From contig NC_043004.1 in assembly GCF_006345805.1 (NCBI RefSeq), positions 81,406,001-81,470,000 on the forward strand: a stretch of 64,000 bases of DNA, in the 5' to 3' direction. This document shows positions 26,338 to 38,799 of this stretch, one piece after another (positions within the stretch are counted from its first letter, which is position 1; each line of letters begins with the position of its first letter). The notes below the pieces were generated by a model, which worked only from the letters and a program-made list of their open reading frames with translations, did no database searches and was not told where the DNA came from. The DNA is from Octopus sinensis (Eukaryota). A program made the translations under genes and the position numbers.

Positions 26338-28020
26338 AATAATAATAATAATGGCTTCAGATTAAGGCAGGAAATTTTTAGGGGAGAGCAGTGCAAGGCA
26401 AAAGTGACTTTGGCGGAATATGAACTAATGACGAAACATAAATTAGTAAACAAACACAGCAAAGACACTTTGTTCGACGCTCTACCGATTCTGCCAGCTG
26501 GCTGCCTCAAGGCTACAGATTTGTGAACAACGAATGACAATGAATTGAGAGAAATGGTGGAGGGGAGGAGTCAATATCATTGATCCCAGTACTTGGCAAG
26601 TGCGTTACGTTATCGACCTCAGCTGAGTTTGAGCTCAATACGTAGAGCGCAGGGACGAATACCAATGTGTTTCTTTCGATGCTTTAACGATTCTGCCAAT
26701 CGATCGCCCTATATAAAGTATTGAACTATGATTGAAGCACAAGGCCTACAATTAGATATGGACCCAGGAAGGGTGAAAGGCAAAGATAACCTCAACAGTG
26801 TCTGAATTCAGAGCAGGAAGAAACAATAATAATAATAATTCTTTCTACAGGTACATGGCCTTAAATTTTGAGGGGAACGGTTAGTCGATTACATCGACCC
26901 CTGTGTTCAGTTCAACGGGAACTCATTTTATCGACCCCAAAAGGGTGAAAGGCAAAATACGCCACGGCGGAATTTGAACTCAAAACGTACGAAATACCAC
27001 TAAGCACTTCGTCCGAAGTGCTATCGATTCTAAGGCTCACCGCCTTAATAATAATAATAATGGCTTCGATTAGTGGCACACAAGGCCAGCAATTTCAGTG
27101 AAGGAGGTATAAGTCGATTACATCGACTCCACTGCTTATCTAGTACTTTTTTTATCGACCCCCGAAAGGATGAAAGACGAAGTCGACCAATACAATTCTC
27201 CAATACAATATGTGTGAAATATACGATGCAACGTTCAGAAACGTAATAGCAAAATGCGAACTGTTGTTAGTTTGATATGAGTCATAGTATCGGCTATGTA
27301 TGCATCACAATAGTTCGATCAAAGCTGATTGGGACAGCATCCAATAGAATGTTAAAATATTGTTAAACTTGGAATGAGCTATGGCAAATCCGGACTAAAT
27401 ATAAACACGAAGAAATTGCAGCTAGTGCTCAATTTTTGCAGTGATGTAGTTCAACGATGATTATTGGAACTTCTTTTTAAATCATTCTAAGAATCGAACT
27501 TATCAATAATCTCCCCCACCACCACCACCCTTATTTCTTCTTTGTTTCCTTGGTGGGGTAGTTATAGGGGGATTTTCTCCTTAATTTGATTTTATACTTT
27601 TAATTTTATTTTTTCATTTCTTTTCTTTCTGTAAAAATGTTAATAAAAACCAAGTCTTTAAAAAAACGAAATTAGCGTGCAATAGACTCAAGACAAAGAA
27701 ATAAATACACACATATATACACACACAAATATATGCGTATATATATATCATAAACATTATGTAATTCCATCAAAAATGAACATCCTAAATCTGTCTGATT
27801 TCGTTTACCTAATAAATAAAATTTAAACAATGCAATATTCTTCGTGATTTCGACAAAACTTAAAATCTTATAAAGCTGTCAAAAATAATATTTAGGGAGA
27901 CTTAATAAAGAAAAAGGGGTTTTCAGATATAAAACCTGTTTATAAACAAAAAGACACGAGACTGTTTGAAATAATGGAAGGGGTCAGAAATAACATTTAC
28001 AGATCACCGACATCAAGAAA

Positions 28021-28322
28021 CGCGGGAAAATTAATGCTATTGTTGTCATTTTAAAATTGCGCGAGTGTTACCGCGCCATATGACGTGTTTTAATAATTCT
28101 AATTTATCTAAATGTTTATATATTACCGCGATTTAAAGACAATGAAGAATATATTTTAAATGAATTGCGCATTTTGATAATCCGGTTTGCTTCGCTAACA
28201 TTAGAGAAAGTTCGTATGGCGAATACAGCAAAACCGTTAATAAAAAAATTTGAATAGTTAGACGTTTATATAACAGCAGATCGAATAATATAAGGGCGAT
28301 CATTTTTAAATGTGTATCGATA
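28021..28322. promoter_or_regulatory. Candidate E2F and DRE sites in MCM7 intron 1
   Basis: CGCGGGAAAA (28021-28030, reads TTTTCCCGCG on minus), CCGCGCCA (28071-28078), TATCGATA (28315-28322). Confidence 0.45.
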
Positions 28323-28543
28323 ACAAATAAAAATTATGATAGTTCACGAATTAAAAAAACTGCTCGATGATAAAATAAAAAAGACGATTCGGTTTAATAA
28401 TAATAGCATTCGTGGATGACATTAATTAAAATTAATCAATATTATGTAAGGAGGGAGGGGGGAGAAAATTTTTATAAAATGATTTAATAGTGATCTAATA
28501 GTACAATAAAACAGAATTGAACTGAAATAATGGGAAAATATAC

Positions 28544-28574
28544 CTTTTTCGACAGCGTAATCTTTCGGCGGCAT
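28544..28574 (-). CDS. MCM7: MCM7 coding exon 1 (MPPKDYAVEK, phase 1 end)
   Basis: ATG at 28574-28572, 31 nt, GT donor at 28543; resembles the MCM7 N-terminus MxxKDYxxEK; joins exon 2 in frame. Confidence 0.88.
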
Positions 28575-28878
28575 CGTCGTACGGGAATATTTTCAGCAGA
28601 AACAAAGACGGCTTCGCTCCAAAAGTTTCTTAAAACGGCGGGAAAACCGATCGTCACGTGACAGTGCAAATTTCGTTCTAACGTGATTTAGAAAGTGCTC
28701 GAATAAATTGAATACATTTTAAATTAGTGTTTTGCATTAATAATATAATGACGGAATATAAATAAAAAAATGTTTAATAATGATTTTTGTCAATTATAAA
28801 TAATTTGTGCGTTGCCCTAGGTTGGCGCATGCTCACATTGTGGTGGCCGGTTGGCGAAGTTACTATGAAGGAAGAAAT
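28575..28878. promoter_or_regulatory. Bidirectional promoter and 5' UTRs shared by MCM7 and the DCN1-like gene
   Basis: 304 bp between divergent ATGs; CpG-rich; E2F site GGCGGGAAA (28637-28645), palindromic E-box GTCACGTGAC (28653-28662), GCGCATGC (28825-28832). Confidence 0.85.
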
Positions 28879-28881
28879 ATG
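28879..28881 (+). CDS. DCUN1D1: DCN1-like exon 1: initiator ATG only
   Basis: ATG followed directly by a gtgagt donor; joins HKMKTSQKDKVRQF in frame. Confidence 0.8.
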
Positions 28882-29060
28882 GTGAGTGTAATTCTTAATA
28901 TTAACGAAGATTATTACAGTTATATCACACATTCCAGTTGTTATTTATAATTTCTGATTGTTAATAAGTTCGATGGACGTACGTAGTAGCTTCTAAATAA
29001 ATAAAAACCACCAAGCCATGTGGAAGTTTGCCTTAATAAGTTGGTGTCCGTTGTTTTCAG

Positions 29061-29280
29061 CACAAGATGAAGACCTCTCAGAAAGACAAAGTCCGTCAAT
29101 TCACTTCCTGCACCCAAACTAGCGAGAAGGTTGCCATTATTTGTCTCGGTTTGCACGATTGGAAACTAGATGTAGCCGTCGATAATTACTTTCATGATCC
29201 GGACCGCTACAATACAGACCAATCTCGACCTCCAGTGGTGGACAAGAGAAAGCTGGACGGACTCTGGGTCCGCTACAAAG
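29061..29280 (+). CDS. DCUN1D1: DCN1-like exon 2, UBA-like domain (HKMKTSQKDKVRQFTSCTQTSEKVAIICLGLHDWKLDVAVDNYF...WVRYK)
   Basis: 220 nt, ttttcag acceptor, gtatct donor; matches the DCUN1D1/2 N-terminus. Confidence 0.95.
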
Positions 29281-30430
29281 GTATCTTCATTACTATTAAT
29301 TATTGTATTATTATCATTATCTATTATTATTAACCCCTTTTTAACACCCTTTTAAATGTAATCCTTCTGTACACAATCGGGCAACGTCCTTGATGCCTTT
29401 GTCAACCCTGGGTGGTTAATAATGGAAATACTATCATTATTAGTTATGTTCCGAGTTCAAATCCCGCCGAGGTTGACTTTGCCTTTCATCCTATCCCCCT
29501 GAGGTCGATAAAACAAGTACGAGTCAAACGGTGGAGTCGACCAATACCATCTCCTAGAATTTCAATACCTTGTACCGATAATAGAAAGAATTATTATTAT
29601 TAATAGTATTATAATCGTATTATTTATTATTATTACCCACCCACCCTTTTTATTTACACGTTTTTTTTATGTAATCCGACACTATACCGTCCTTGATGTT
29701 TTTGTCAACCCTGGGTGGTTAATAAAGGAAACATCATCATCTTCACTATTATTACTACTGTATTCTGGGTTCAAATCCAGCTGAGGTCGATTTTGCCTTT
29801 CATCCCTCCAGGGTCGATAAAGTATCACTCAAACAGTAGTATAGAATGTATCGACTAACGCCCTCCCTTCCTCTTCAAAATACCTGGCCTTGTACCTTAA
29901 TTAGAAGCAATTTGTTATTATCATTATTATTGCTGTCTGCACGTTTCCTGTCAAGGAAAGGCAATTGCACGTTTTCTTTATATAACTCGTCTCCGATAAC
30001 TTACCTGTTCTTCCACCCAATTTTAATTAATTAACTGCAATTTATTTATTCATTTACCTAAATATCTAGTTTCCAATCCTCCTCTAAGTCTTGTCAATAT
30101 TTAATTTCTTTTCACCACTCTCTTCTCTCCCCACCAAAAATTACAAATATTTATTTAATTACAACTCTTTTGTCATTTCACTTCGCAGTTTTCTAGTTCA
30201 TATGAACTCTAGGCAGTTATTTACGATATTTTATTGTTCGTGTTTAAAAATAATCGGTAAAATATTTCATACTAGGCTAACACTAACATTGCTTTACATA
30301 ATGTTACAATAAAATTGCGAGTGTATGTATATATATAATTGTATAGTAACATTGTCCGGTTATAACCTCCTCATTATTACTTATGATACAGTACCATAAT
30401 TGTATATAACAAACATAGTCCTATTATTAT

Positions 30431-30481
<51 letters not shown>

Positions 30482-32055
30482 TTGGTTATTGTACAATCAT
30501 ATACATGTAGGTAGACTTGAGTGTGGGAGGAAAAAGGGTATTTTATGAAAACCCACCTTTAGGAATTACAGAACTGTCATGTAATTTTCTAAACTTCCAC
30601 CTCGAGTCGGTGTGTGTGTTTGGCTTATGGTTGGTTCTCTAGAAGTTAGGGATTTGGGTGATAATTTTATTGTATTTGTCTTTTCAATTAAGGATTTTAA
30701 CATCGTTAATTGATTTTTTTTAAAGTGAACACACCCAGTAATTTTCGACGACGGTTTGTCAAAGGTTAAGGTCGACCCACACTGAAATTCGAACTTAGAA
30801 CGGCGAAACAACGATTAGATATCGAGCTAGTTAACATTGTTACGTTAAGGTACTCGCCTAAAAACTTAATTAACGAAGGTTTCTTAATTGGAAATATAAA
30901 ATAAAATTGAAATAATCACCCCCAACCCTCTGGGTACTAACCAACAACGAAATAAATGCACCCATAGATCTGTGTGTATGTATATATTATACATACATAC
31001 ATACGCGCACACACCATTACACAGAAACAATTGTTGTCATGTGTGATTAAAACCTGTTCTTGCCATCTTTTTCTTTTATGTATATAATGTGTATACATAT
31101 TTACAAATATATATCTACACGCTTATTTACAAGCGACTATATGTATCCACAAACGTACATAATATAACGCATAAGTACGTACGTACATATATGTACACAC
31201 ACACACGTACAAACATGTACAGAATCGTATTAAAAGACCTAGCTTGAATTTAGATTTGAGGGCACCTGAGGATTCTTAATTAAATCCCCCAGCTAGATCT
31301 TTTTTTTTTTCTATCTGTCGCTAGTTCTTCCCCCCTCGCTCGCTCCCCCAATCCTCCTAATTGATCTTTCTCCTATTATGGCCAGAATGCATCGAAGGTG
31401 AGATCTGATTCCACAGCGACTGTTTACAACATTTACCAAGCAAATAACCTTAATGTCTTCGTTCCTACTCTTAGAGAAAATAAATATATTTATTTGCTGC
31501 ATGCTATCTCTCTCTCTCTTTCTGCACCACCACCACTCATTCTTCATACTTCGAGCTTTTGGTCTCATCAAGTTCTCTTTTTCTCTTATTTTATTTAGAA
31601 TTTTTTTCTTAATTCGAATTCAGCTTTGGGTTTAATTCCTCGAACTAAGAGCGAGCACCGTTTTCTCGGTTAATTTGATATTAAAATACCGTTCACATTG
31701 GTTTCCGTTTCTCCGGAAGTTCAGCTTGTTTTCATTCCATACTACAAGTGCGTGTGTGTGTGTGTGTGTGTATATATGTTTGTTACATAACAAATGCCAT
31801 AAATATATATTTGTTTATACATATATGTGTGTTTGTATGCGTTTGGTAAAGTTGTCGGATGCATATGTAAACAACAACCTCCAGTGCAAAACAAAAAGGA
31901 AACGAGGCATAAGACACGACACGCTTGTCATTCACCCAGTCCACAAATAAACTTTTTTTTTGGTCTTTTTACATATGTGACTACTAAGATGAATTAAAAC
32001 TAAGTTAATTACTGTCTTATTTCAAAGGCATGAAACAACACACCTTAGATTGTTG

Positions 32056-32454
32056 GGGCATACCTACACAAGTGTGCCCCGCCACGATTTTATGGTTTGT
32101 AAGATATTTGTTGTTTTTTTCTGCAATTTCAACCAATCAATGACGTCCATTGAGTTAAAAAGCATTCTGTGCCGTATGAATATGTCCCTCGTTTAAGAAA
32201 CAGATTGGGTTTATTTACATTTCTGAATAAAAAAAGATACCCTTCCCCCCACCCATAACCCTACCCAACCCTAACCCTAAAACAGATGGAAATGCAATAG
32301 ATTGATACTAAGGTCATAATTATGGGTGACAATTTCATATGACACCGCTAGAAAAAACTGCCGTTCAAACCGAAAAGATCCTATGGCAGTTTTGTAAGAA
32401 GATAGTTTTTAATTTTATTTCGTCAATGAGGGGCACATTTGTATAGGTATGCCC
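32056..32454. mobile_element. Truncated Merlin-like MITE (about 32087-32381) nested in a second TIR element
   Basis: Right TIR of the Merlin-like family ends at 32381; outer 25-bp inverted repeats at 32056-32080 and 32430-32454 with 2 mismatches. Confidence 0.6.
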
Positions 32455-34139
32455 ACTATATAAGGGTTGGGTGAGAAGGCAATTATTGTAATGTTTCCTC
32501 GTGGTAGGTTTTCGTCCTTGTCTAGTTAGGGTTATCTGCAAGCAACAACTATCTGTTTCTATAGTTGACCAACAGGTTTGTTAACAAAACAAGCGTGAAA
32601 TGTTTAACCTATAAAATTCATCGACTTGTGTATAGGTTTGTCAGAAACATTGGATTTCTTTTGTAATATATCAGTAGTTTTATTTACTTTTTTTTCACCT
32701 GTCCTTAATTCGTTAAATAAAAAAAAAAAGCATGTAGTTACTCGTCATATAGTCAATATTACTCGTATCTAAGCTGTTCAGTGTATTATTCTAGAAATGA
32801 AGGGAATCTCAAATGCAGCAGAAAAGCTGTGAGAACGGCTTAGAAGATTGGGTTAAATAATACCCTTATAAGCATAAAAATGTGGCCACCGAACCAGGCC
32901 CCTTTTTTTTCTCTTCAACAAGGGTATTTCAATTGAACCTCTAAGCCGTTCGCACAGCTATTCTCCACCACTTCAGTGTTCCATACTATGTTGTAGTGCA
33001 CCTGATCACTATAAACAATAATTTCACTATTATGTTCACTAAACATTTTCTTACACTTATGAAATTATCAAACTTTCTCTAAAGAGCTATCTTCTGTAGG
33101 CGTGGCTGTGTGGTAAGAAGCTTGCTTCCCAACCACATGGTTCTAGGTTCAGTCCCACTGCATGGTACATTGGGCATGTCTTCTATTATAACCTTGAGCC
33201 AACCAAAGCCTTGTGAGTGAATTTGGTAGATGGAAACGGAAAGAAGCCCATATATGTATGTGTGTGTCTCTACCTTGTTTGTCCCCTAGAGATAAAAGAT
33301 GAGCTACATAAAGTAGATACCTGTAGATTAGTATAATTGATACAAGTTTATTAATAGTGGGGGATGAAGTAATTTGAAGTAACTGCTTATGGATTAGTGT
33401 GGATTATCAGTTATGCGTTTAAACCGGCCATATCTGACCCAAATATTCTACATGTTTTATATTTGAACTAGCCATATCTAGCCTCTCACACCTAACCTAC
33501 ATTGACATTCTAAAAATAAATACTCATATCATTGAGATTTCAAAGCTATGAGATAATGCATGATTAATTCAAAACAATTTGAGTGAAAAAGTATTACATT
33601 TAACAGAGTAATCTGAACACTAAAGGGTTAAATAAACATTTGAGGATTTGTTGGAACCAGAGTTCACTCAGTGCACAGGAGTCAAGGACTAGCTGTGATG
33701 GAGTGAGAAAATTTTACCAGAAAATTGTCAGAAGCTTCTGAGAAAACAAGCCATTAATTACTTCTGGTTCAAGGGAGAGAGAGGGGACAAGTGGTACTGC
33801 AAAACCGAACACTGAAAATGATAGAAGCATCTGGGCCAGAATCACAACATCTAACTCAAAGCTTGTGCTGTTGGGCATGAGGGTTTTGTTACCTAAATCG
33901 GTAGGTGGCCCTGGGCAGCTCTAGTGTTATACTATGGAAAGGGCTAAAACACATACAGACTTGCTTCACAGCATAATGAGACAATGACTCCTACATTAGG
34001 ACACACATTACAGCAGTGTTTACCCTAAAAATAATTATTTGTAAGTACACCCTATTTGGTTATGCAACCATAATATAATATAAGGTATATTAAACATTTT
34101 TGTAAGTCAACGCTGTATTCTCCTGTGTTAGCAGTGCTA

Positions 34140-34920
34140 CTACATCACTTGTAGGCTCAAAAGAAATGAAGTTAGCATGATCTGCTGGATGTGTAATGTC
34201 AGTGTGCATACATGACAGTGTAAGCGCCCTGAGAGAAAATGGACATAAGAAGCATCAGTTGTGGCGTGCAAGAGAGACGTTTGCGTTGGTATGGTCATGT
34301 GCTGTGGATGGACGAGGAGAGCTGTGTGAAGAAGTTCACTCCCAAACAGTTGAAGGAATCTGGGGTAGAGGGAGCCCCAGGAAGACATAGGATGAGGTGG
34401 TGAAGCATGAACTTCGATCATTGGGCCTCACAGAGGCAATAACAAAAGACCTAGACCTCTGGAGGTATGTTGTGACTAAGACACAATAAATAAAGTGAGT
34501 TCACAGCTGTAACCTACACCAGTGTCACAATACCAGCCCACTCAAAAAGTACTTTGGATTGTAGGGCGACATGCCGTGCTTGAGGAGCCCTGTTGAATCA
34601 AAGTACATCAAAACCAAGATTAAATGGAAATTACAGTTGTGATCCTTGTGCTGGTGGCACGTAAAAAGCACTATCCGAACGTGGCCAATGCCGGTGGCAC
34701 ATAAAAAGCACTAACCGATCATGGTCATTGCCAGCCCCTCTGGCCCCTGTGCCAGTGGCACGTAAAAAGCACCCACTACAGTGGTTGGCGTTAGGAAGGG
34801 TATCTAGCTGTAGAAACACTGCCAGATCAGACTGGAGCATGGTGCAGTCTCCTGGCTTCCCAGACCCCAGTCGAACCGTCCAACCCATGCCAGCATGGAA
34901 AACGGACGTTAAACGACGAT
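34140..34920 (+). mobile_element. 5'-truncated RTE-clade LINE: decayed ORF C-terminus, 3' UTR with tandem units, and (GAT)n tail
   Basis: Frameshifted ...QERRLRWYGHVLWMDEESCVKK...VEGIWGRGxPRKT... runs into the ...CATGGAAAACGGACGTTAAACGACGAT tail seen in dozens of short copies. Confidence 0.85.
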
Positions 34921-37562
34921 TTTTCTATCAAAATCAGTGCTGGCTATAATTTCTATAGAAAATCTGTGGAGATAACCGAAAAATAATGTTTCTACTAAAG
35001 GTAATTTGGGGAGAAGGGGTTTATGCAATTACATCAATCCCAGTGTTTCTCTTTTTTTTTATTCTCTCTAGAAGGCTGAAAGGCAGAGTTGACTGTGGTG
35101 GGATTTGAACTCTCAACGTAGAACTAGTAACATAAAAAGCATCCAGTCCACACTGTAAAGAATTTGGCACTTGGAAGAGCATCCAGCTGTAAAACCCATG
35201 CCAAAACTGACATTGATGTGCTGGGGCCACATAAAAAGCACCCAGCACACTTAGCTAGGTGGTTGGCAATTAGCTTTTACTGCTGGATGTCCTTCCTGTG
35301 TCAAAACAGATACAAATCTGGTGCAGTGTTCTGCTTGGCTAACTCCTGTTTGACCATCCAATCCATGCCAGCATGGAAAGTGGACGTTAAATGATGTAAT
35401 TCTGCTAACCCTCCATAATAATGCTAATAATAATGTTTGGTTTATTAACCACTAAGGGTTCACAAAAAAACTTCCTTGACAGTACAGGACAGAGCAATAT
35501 AGGATTACATAAAAAGCATGTAAAACTATATATACCTATACACACACCGGAGTAAGCACATAAATGTGAAACAAGGTGGAAAAAAGAGTACTCAAATACA
35601 AGAGGTAATGTGCTTTATTTAAAAGCAGCAGAAATATAACAAAAGCTGAAACTCTGAGTAACAGCTTTTGTTATTTCTGCTGCCTTTAAATAAAGTATAT
35701 ATATATATATAATCATCGTTTAACATCTGCTTTCCATGTTGGCATGGGCTGGGCGATTTGACTGAGGACTGGCGAACCAGATGGCTGCACCAGGCTCCAA
35801 TCTGATCTGGCAGAATTTCTACAGTTTCTACACACACACACACTATATATATATATATATATATAAAAATTTTAACAATTGATAATTCCCCAAAAGAGAC
35901 AGACTTCTTTGGGATGCTCATGGTAACCCCACAAAACCATGGTTGTCCTAACCACTAGGGCAAGTGCTCTCTCCACACTGTCCTCCTTCAACCTACAGGC
36001 ACACGTTTAGAGTAGGCCTGTTCACTCTGACCATTCTTGCCACATTCACCCAGCTTTCAACAAAATTGTTGTGAGGCAGCACTTCCCTCTCTACACACAC
36101 TTTCCTTTTCAAGTGAAACTTGAAAAAGTTGATAACTTGGCCAAAGAGGAAAGTGTCTATCTTCAGTCCTTTCAATCTGGTCTACCACTCAACCTTCTTC
36201 GCCACTTAGGCCACCACCAAATAAACACAATAACAATTATTATCATTTCTACTCTAGGCACAAGGCCTTGAAAATTTTGCGGGGAAGGAGGCTAGTCGAT
36301 TACATTGACACCAGCATTCAACTGGTACTTATTTTATCGACACCACCAAAGGATGAAAGGCAAAGTCGACCTCGGCAGAATTTGAACTCAGAACGTAAAG
36401 ACAAATGAAATACTGTTAAGCATTTATCCCAGCATGCTAACAATTCTGCCAGCTTGTCACCATAATAATAATAATAATAACAATCCTTTCTATTATAGAC
36501 AAAATTCTTGAAATTTTGGAGGAGGAGCTGGTTGACTATATCAACTCTTGTACTTCACTTGTACTTGTTTTATTGGTCCTGAAAAAGGCAAAGTCAACCT
36601 TAGTGGATTTTGAGCTAAGAATGTAAAGACAGACGAAATGCCACTAAGTATTTTGTCCGGCATGCTAACAATTCTGCCAGAAATTTTGAGAGGAGGGATA
36701 AGTCAATAACACCGATCCCAGTACTTAACAGGCTCTCTCTTTTCTTGAGCCTGGAATGATAAAAGGCCAAGTTGACCATGGTGGAATTTGAACCCAGGAT
36801 GTAAAGATCTGTGACTAAATACCAGAAGCTCATAACATCTGTTTTTCATACTTGCATGGTTCAGGTGGATTTTGCAGTAGGTTTCAACAACTGGGTGCCT
36901 TTCTTGTCTAGCCTCACCTGTTTCCAAGCCAGGTAATATTTCTCCAGGCCAGGCATATTTTCGTAGAAAATTACACATATGAATGACTCTGCTTGTATGA
37001 CAGTGACACTCGTTTACAACTATGATACCCTAAGACAAGGAGACACAAACAGTCACACTCTTATACCTAACTTCTCTCTCAAAACACTAGCACTCTGTTG
37101 GACATGTTCACTTACCTTACACATCAAGCAGAGCATACGGGCCTCCTTCCTTTCTAAACGTAGCAGGTCTTCTCCATTCAAGGCCCATGTCTCAGAACTA
37201 TGCATGCATCATACAGTCTTCCTTTCTCTGAATTTCCTCCATCCTATTCTTATCCTAGATGATATATATATATATATATATGCACATGCACACACACTGG
37301 GCTTCTTTCAGTTTCCATCTACCAAATTCATTCAAGGACTTTGGTCAGCTCCAGGCTATAGTAGAAAACATTTGCCCAAGGTGTCACCGAGTGGGACTGA
37401 ACCTGAAACCATTAACTGCCCAACCACACCTGCACATGATAATAATAAATGCTTTACTTTTGATATATCAAGCAGTTTTGGTTTGTTTTAATTCTCTTGA
37501 GCTTTGGTTAACTTTCAAGCTCTCTTACAAACATTTCTAACACAAAATACCATATTTCTCTG

Positions 37563-37595
<33 letters not shown>

Positions 37596-38559
37596 CCACT
37601 ATCCAAACATGGCCGATGCCAGTGTCCCCTGACTGGCCCCTGTGCCGGTGGCAGGTGAAAAGCACCATCTAAACGTGTCCACTGCCAGGCCTGCCTGACG
37701 AGCTCCTGTCCCAGTGGCACATAAAATGCACCTACTACATTCTCAGAGTGGTTGGCATTAGGAAGGGCATCCAGCTGTAGAAACCATGCCAAATCAGATT
37801 GGAGCCTGGTGCTGCCGCTGGCTCTCCAGACTTCAGTCAAACCGTCCAACCCATGCCAGCATGGAAAACGGACTTTAAACGATGATGATGATGTGCTTCA
37901 TAGAAAAAACAATTTACTAATTATTATTTTCAGATTATTTTTTTAAAATCAAGTTTTGATATAAAAGATAAACTTTTTTTTATCTAAGTCAAGAGCAGTG
38001 TGTTTCCCCCATCTGTTGGGACTGTTTACATTGTCGAGAATCTGATATTGAGCATATAAAGCTTAATTAAATGACTAATGAACACGGGTGGAGTTACATT
38101 CCTTGACTCATTTACCTATGCAATGGTGTTTGATGAAATCTAATTTATCTTGCTAAATTTTTCTCCCAAATAGCGACTGAAATATCTAGGATGATGCTAC
38201 TCCATTTTTTTTTTGTCCTTTTTTTTCCACATTGACAATAGACATAGGCATGGCTGTGTGGGTAAGAAGCTTGCTTCCCAACCATGGGGCCTCAAGTTCA
38301 GTGCTACCATGAAGCACTTTGGGCGAGTGTCCTCCACCATAGCCCCAAACTGACCAGATGCTTTGTAAACAGATTTAGTTGACAGAAACTGAAAGATGTC
38401 CACCACAGATGCTTTGATGCATATATATATTTATATATATATTATAGATATAGGGTAAAAAAAATTATTAATTTATAATTAATAAATTTCACCGAGTAGT
38501 TTCGGTATGGGAAGGAACCATATTCGGTAAAAACTTATACAAGAAGTTTTATATATAAT

Positions 38560-38799
38560 TATAACAATAATTAAGGGTTTAGCAACGAGTTTTATAACTC
38601 TAATCCAGAAATGCGTCCATAATTAACCGAAGACTGCTTGATTTCATTGTTTTCCTTCTTTTTTTGCCTGTGTGAGTTACAGAGAGGGTTGTCTGTGGAG
38701 TCATATTTTGTAGCGAAAAGAAATAACGGTCTTTTGGCTGCTATTTCTAAATTTTTTGGTATGTGATTAAGCAACTCGTTGCTAAACCCTTAATTATTG

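Noticed and set aside
32825-32959. Inverted repeat of about 42 bp as a novel structured RNA
   Set aside because: It is most simply a small decayed MITE, with nothing else to support function.
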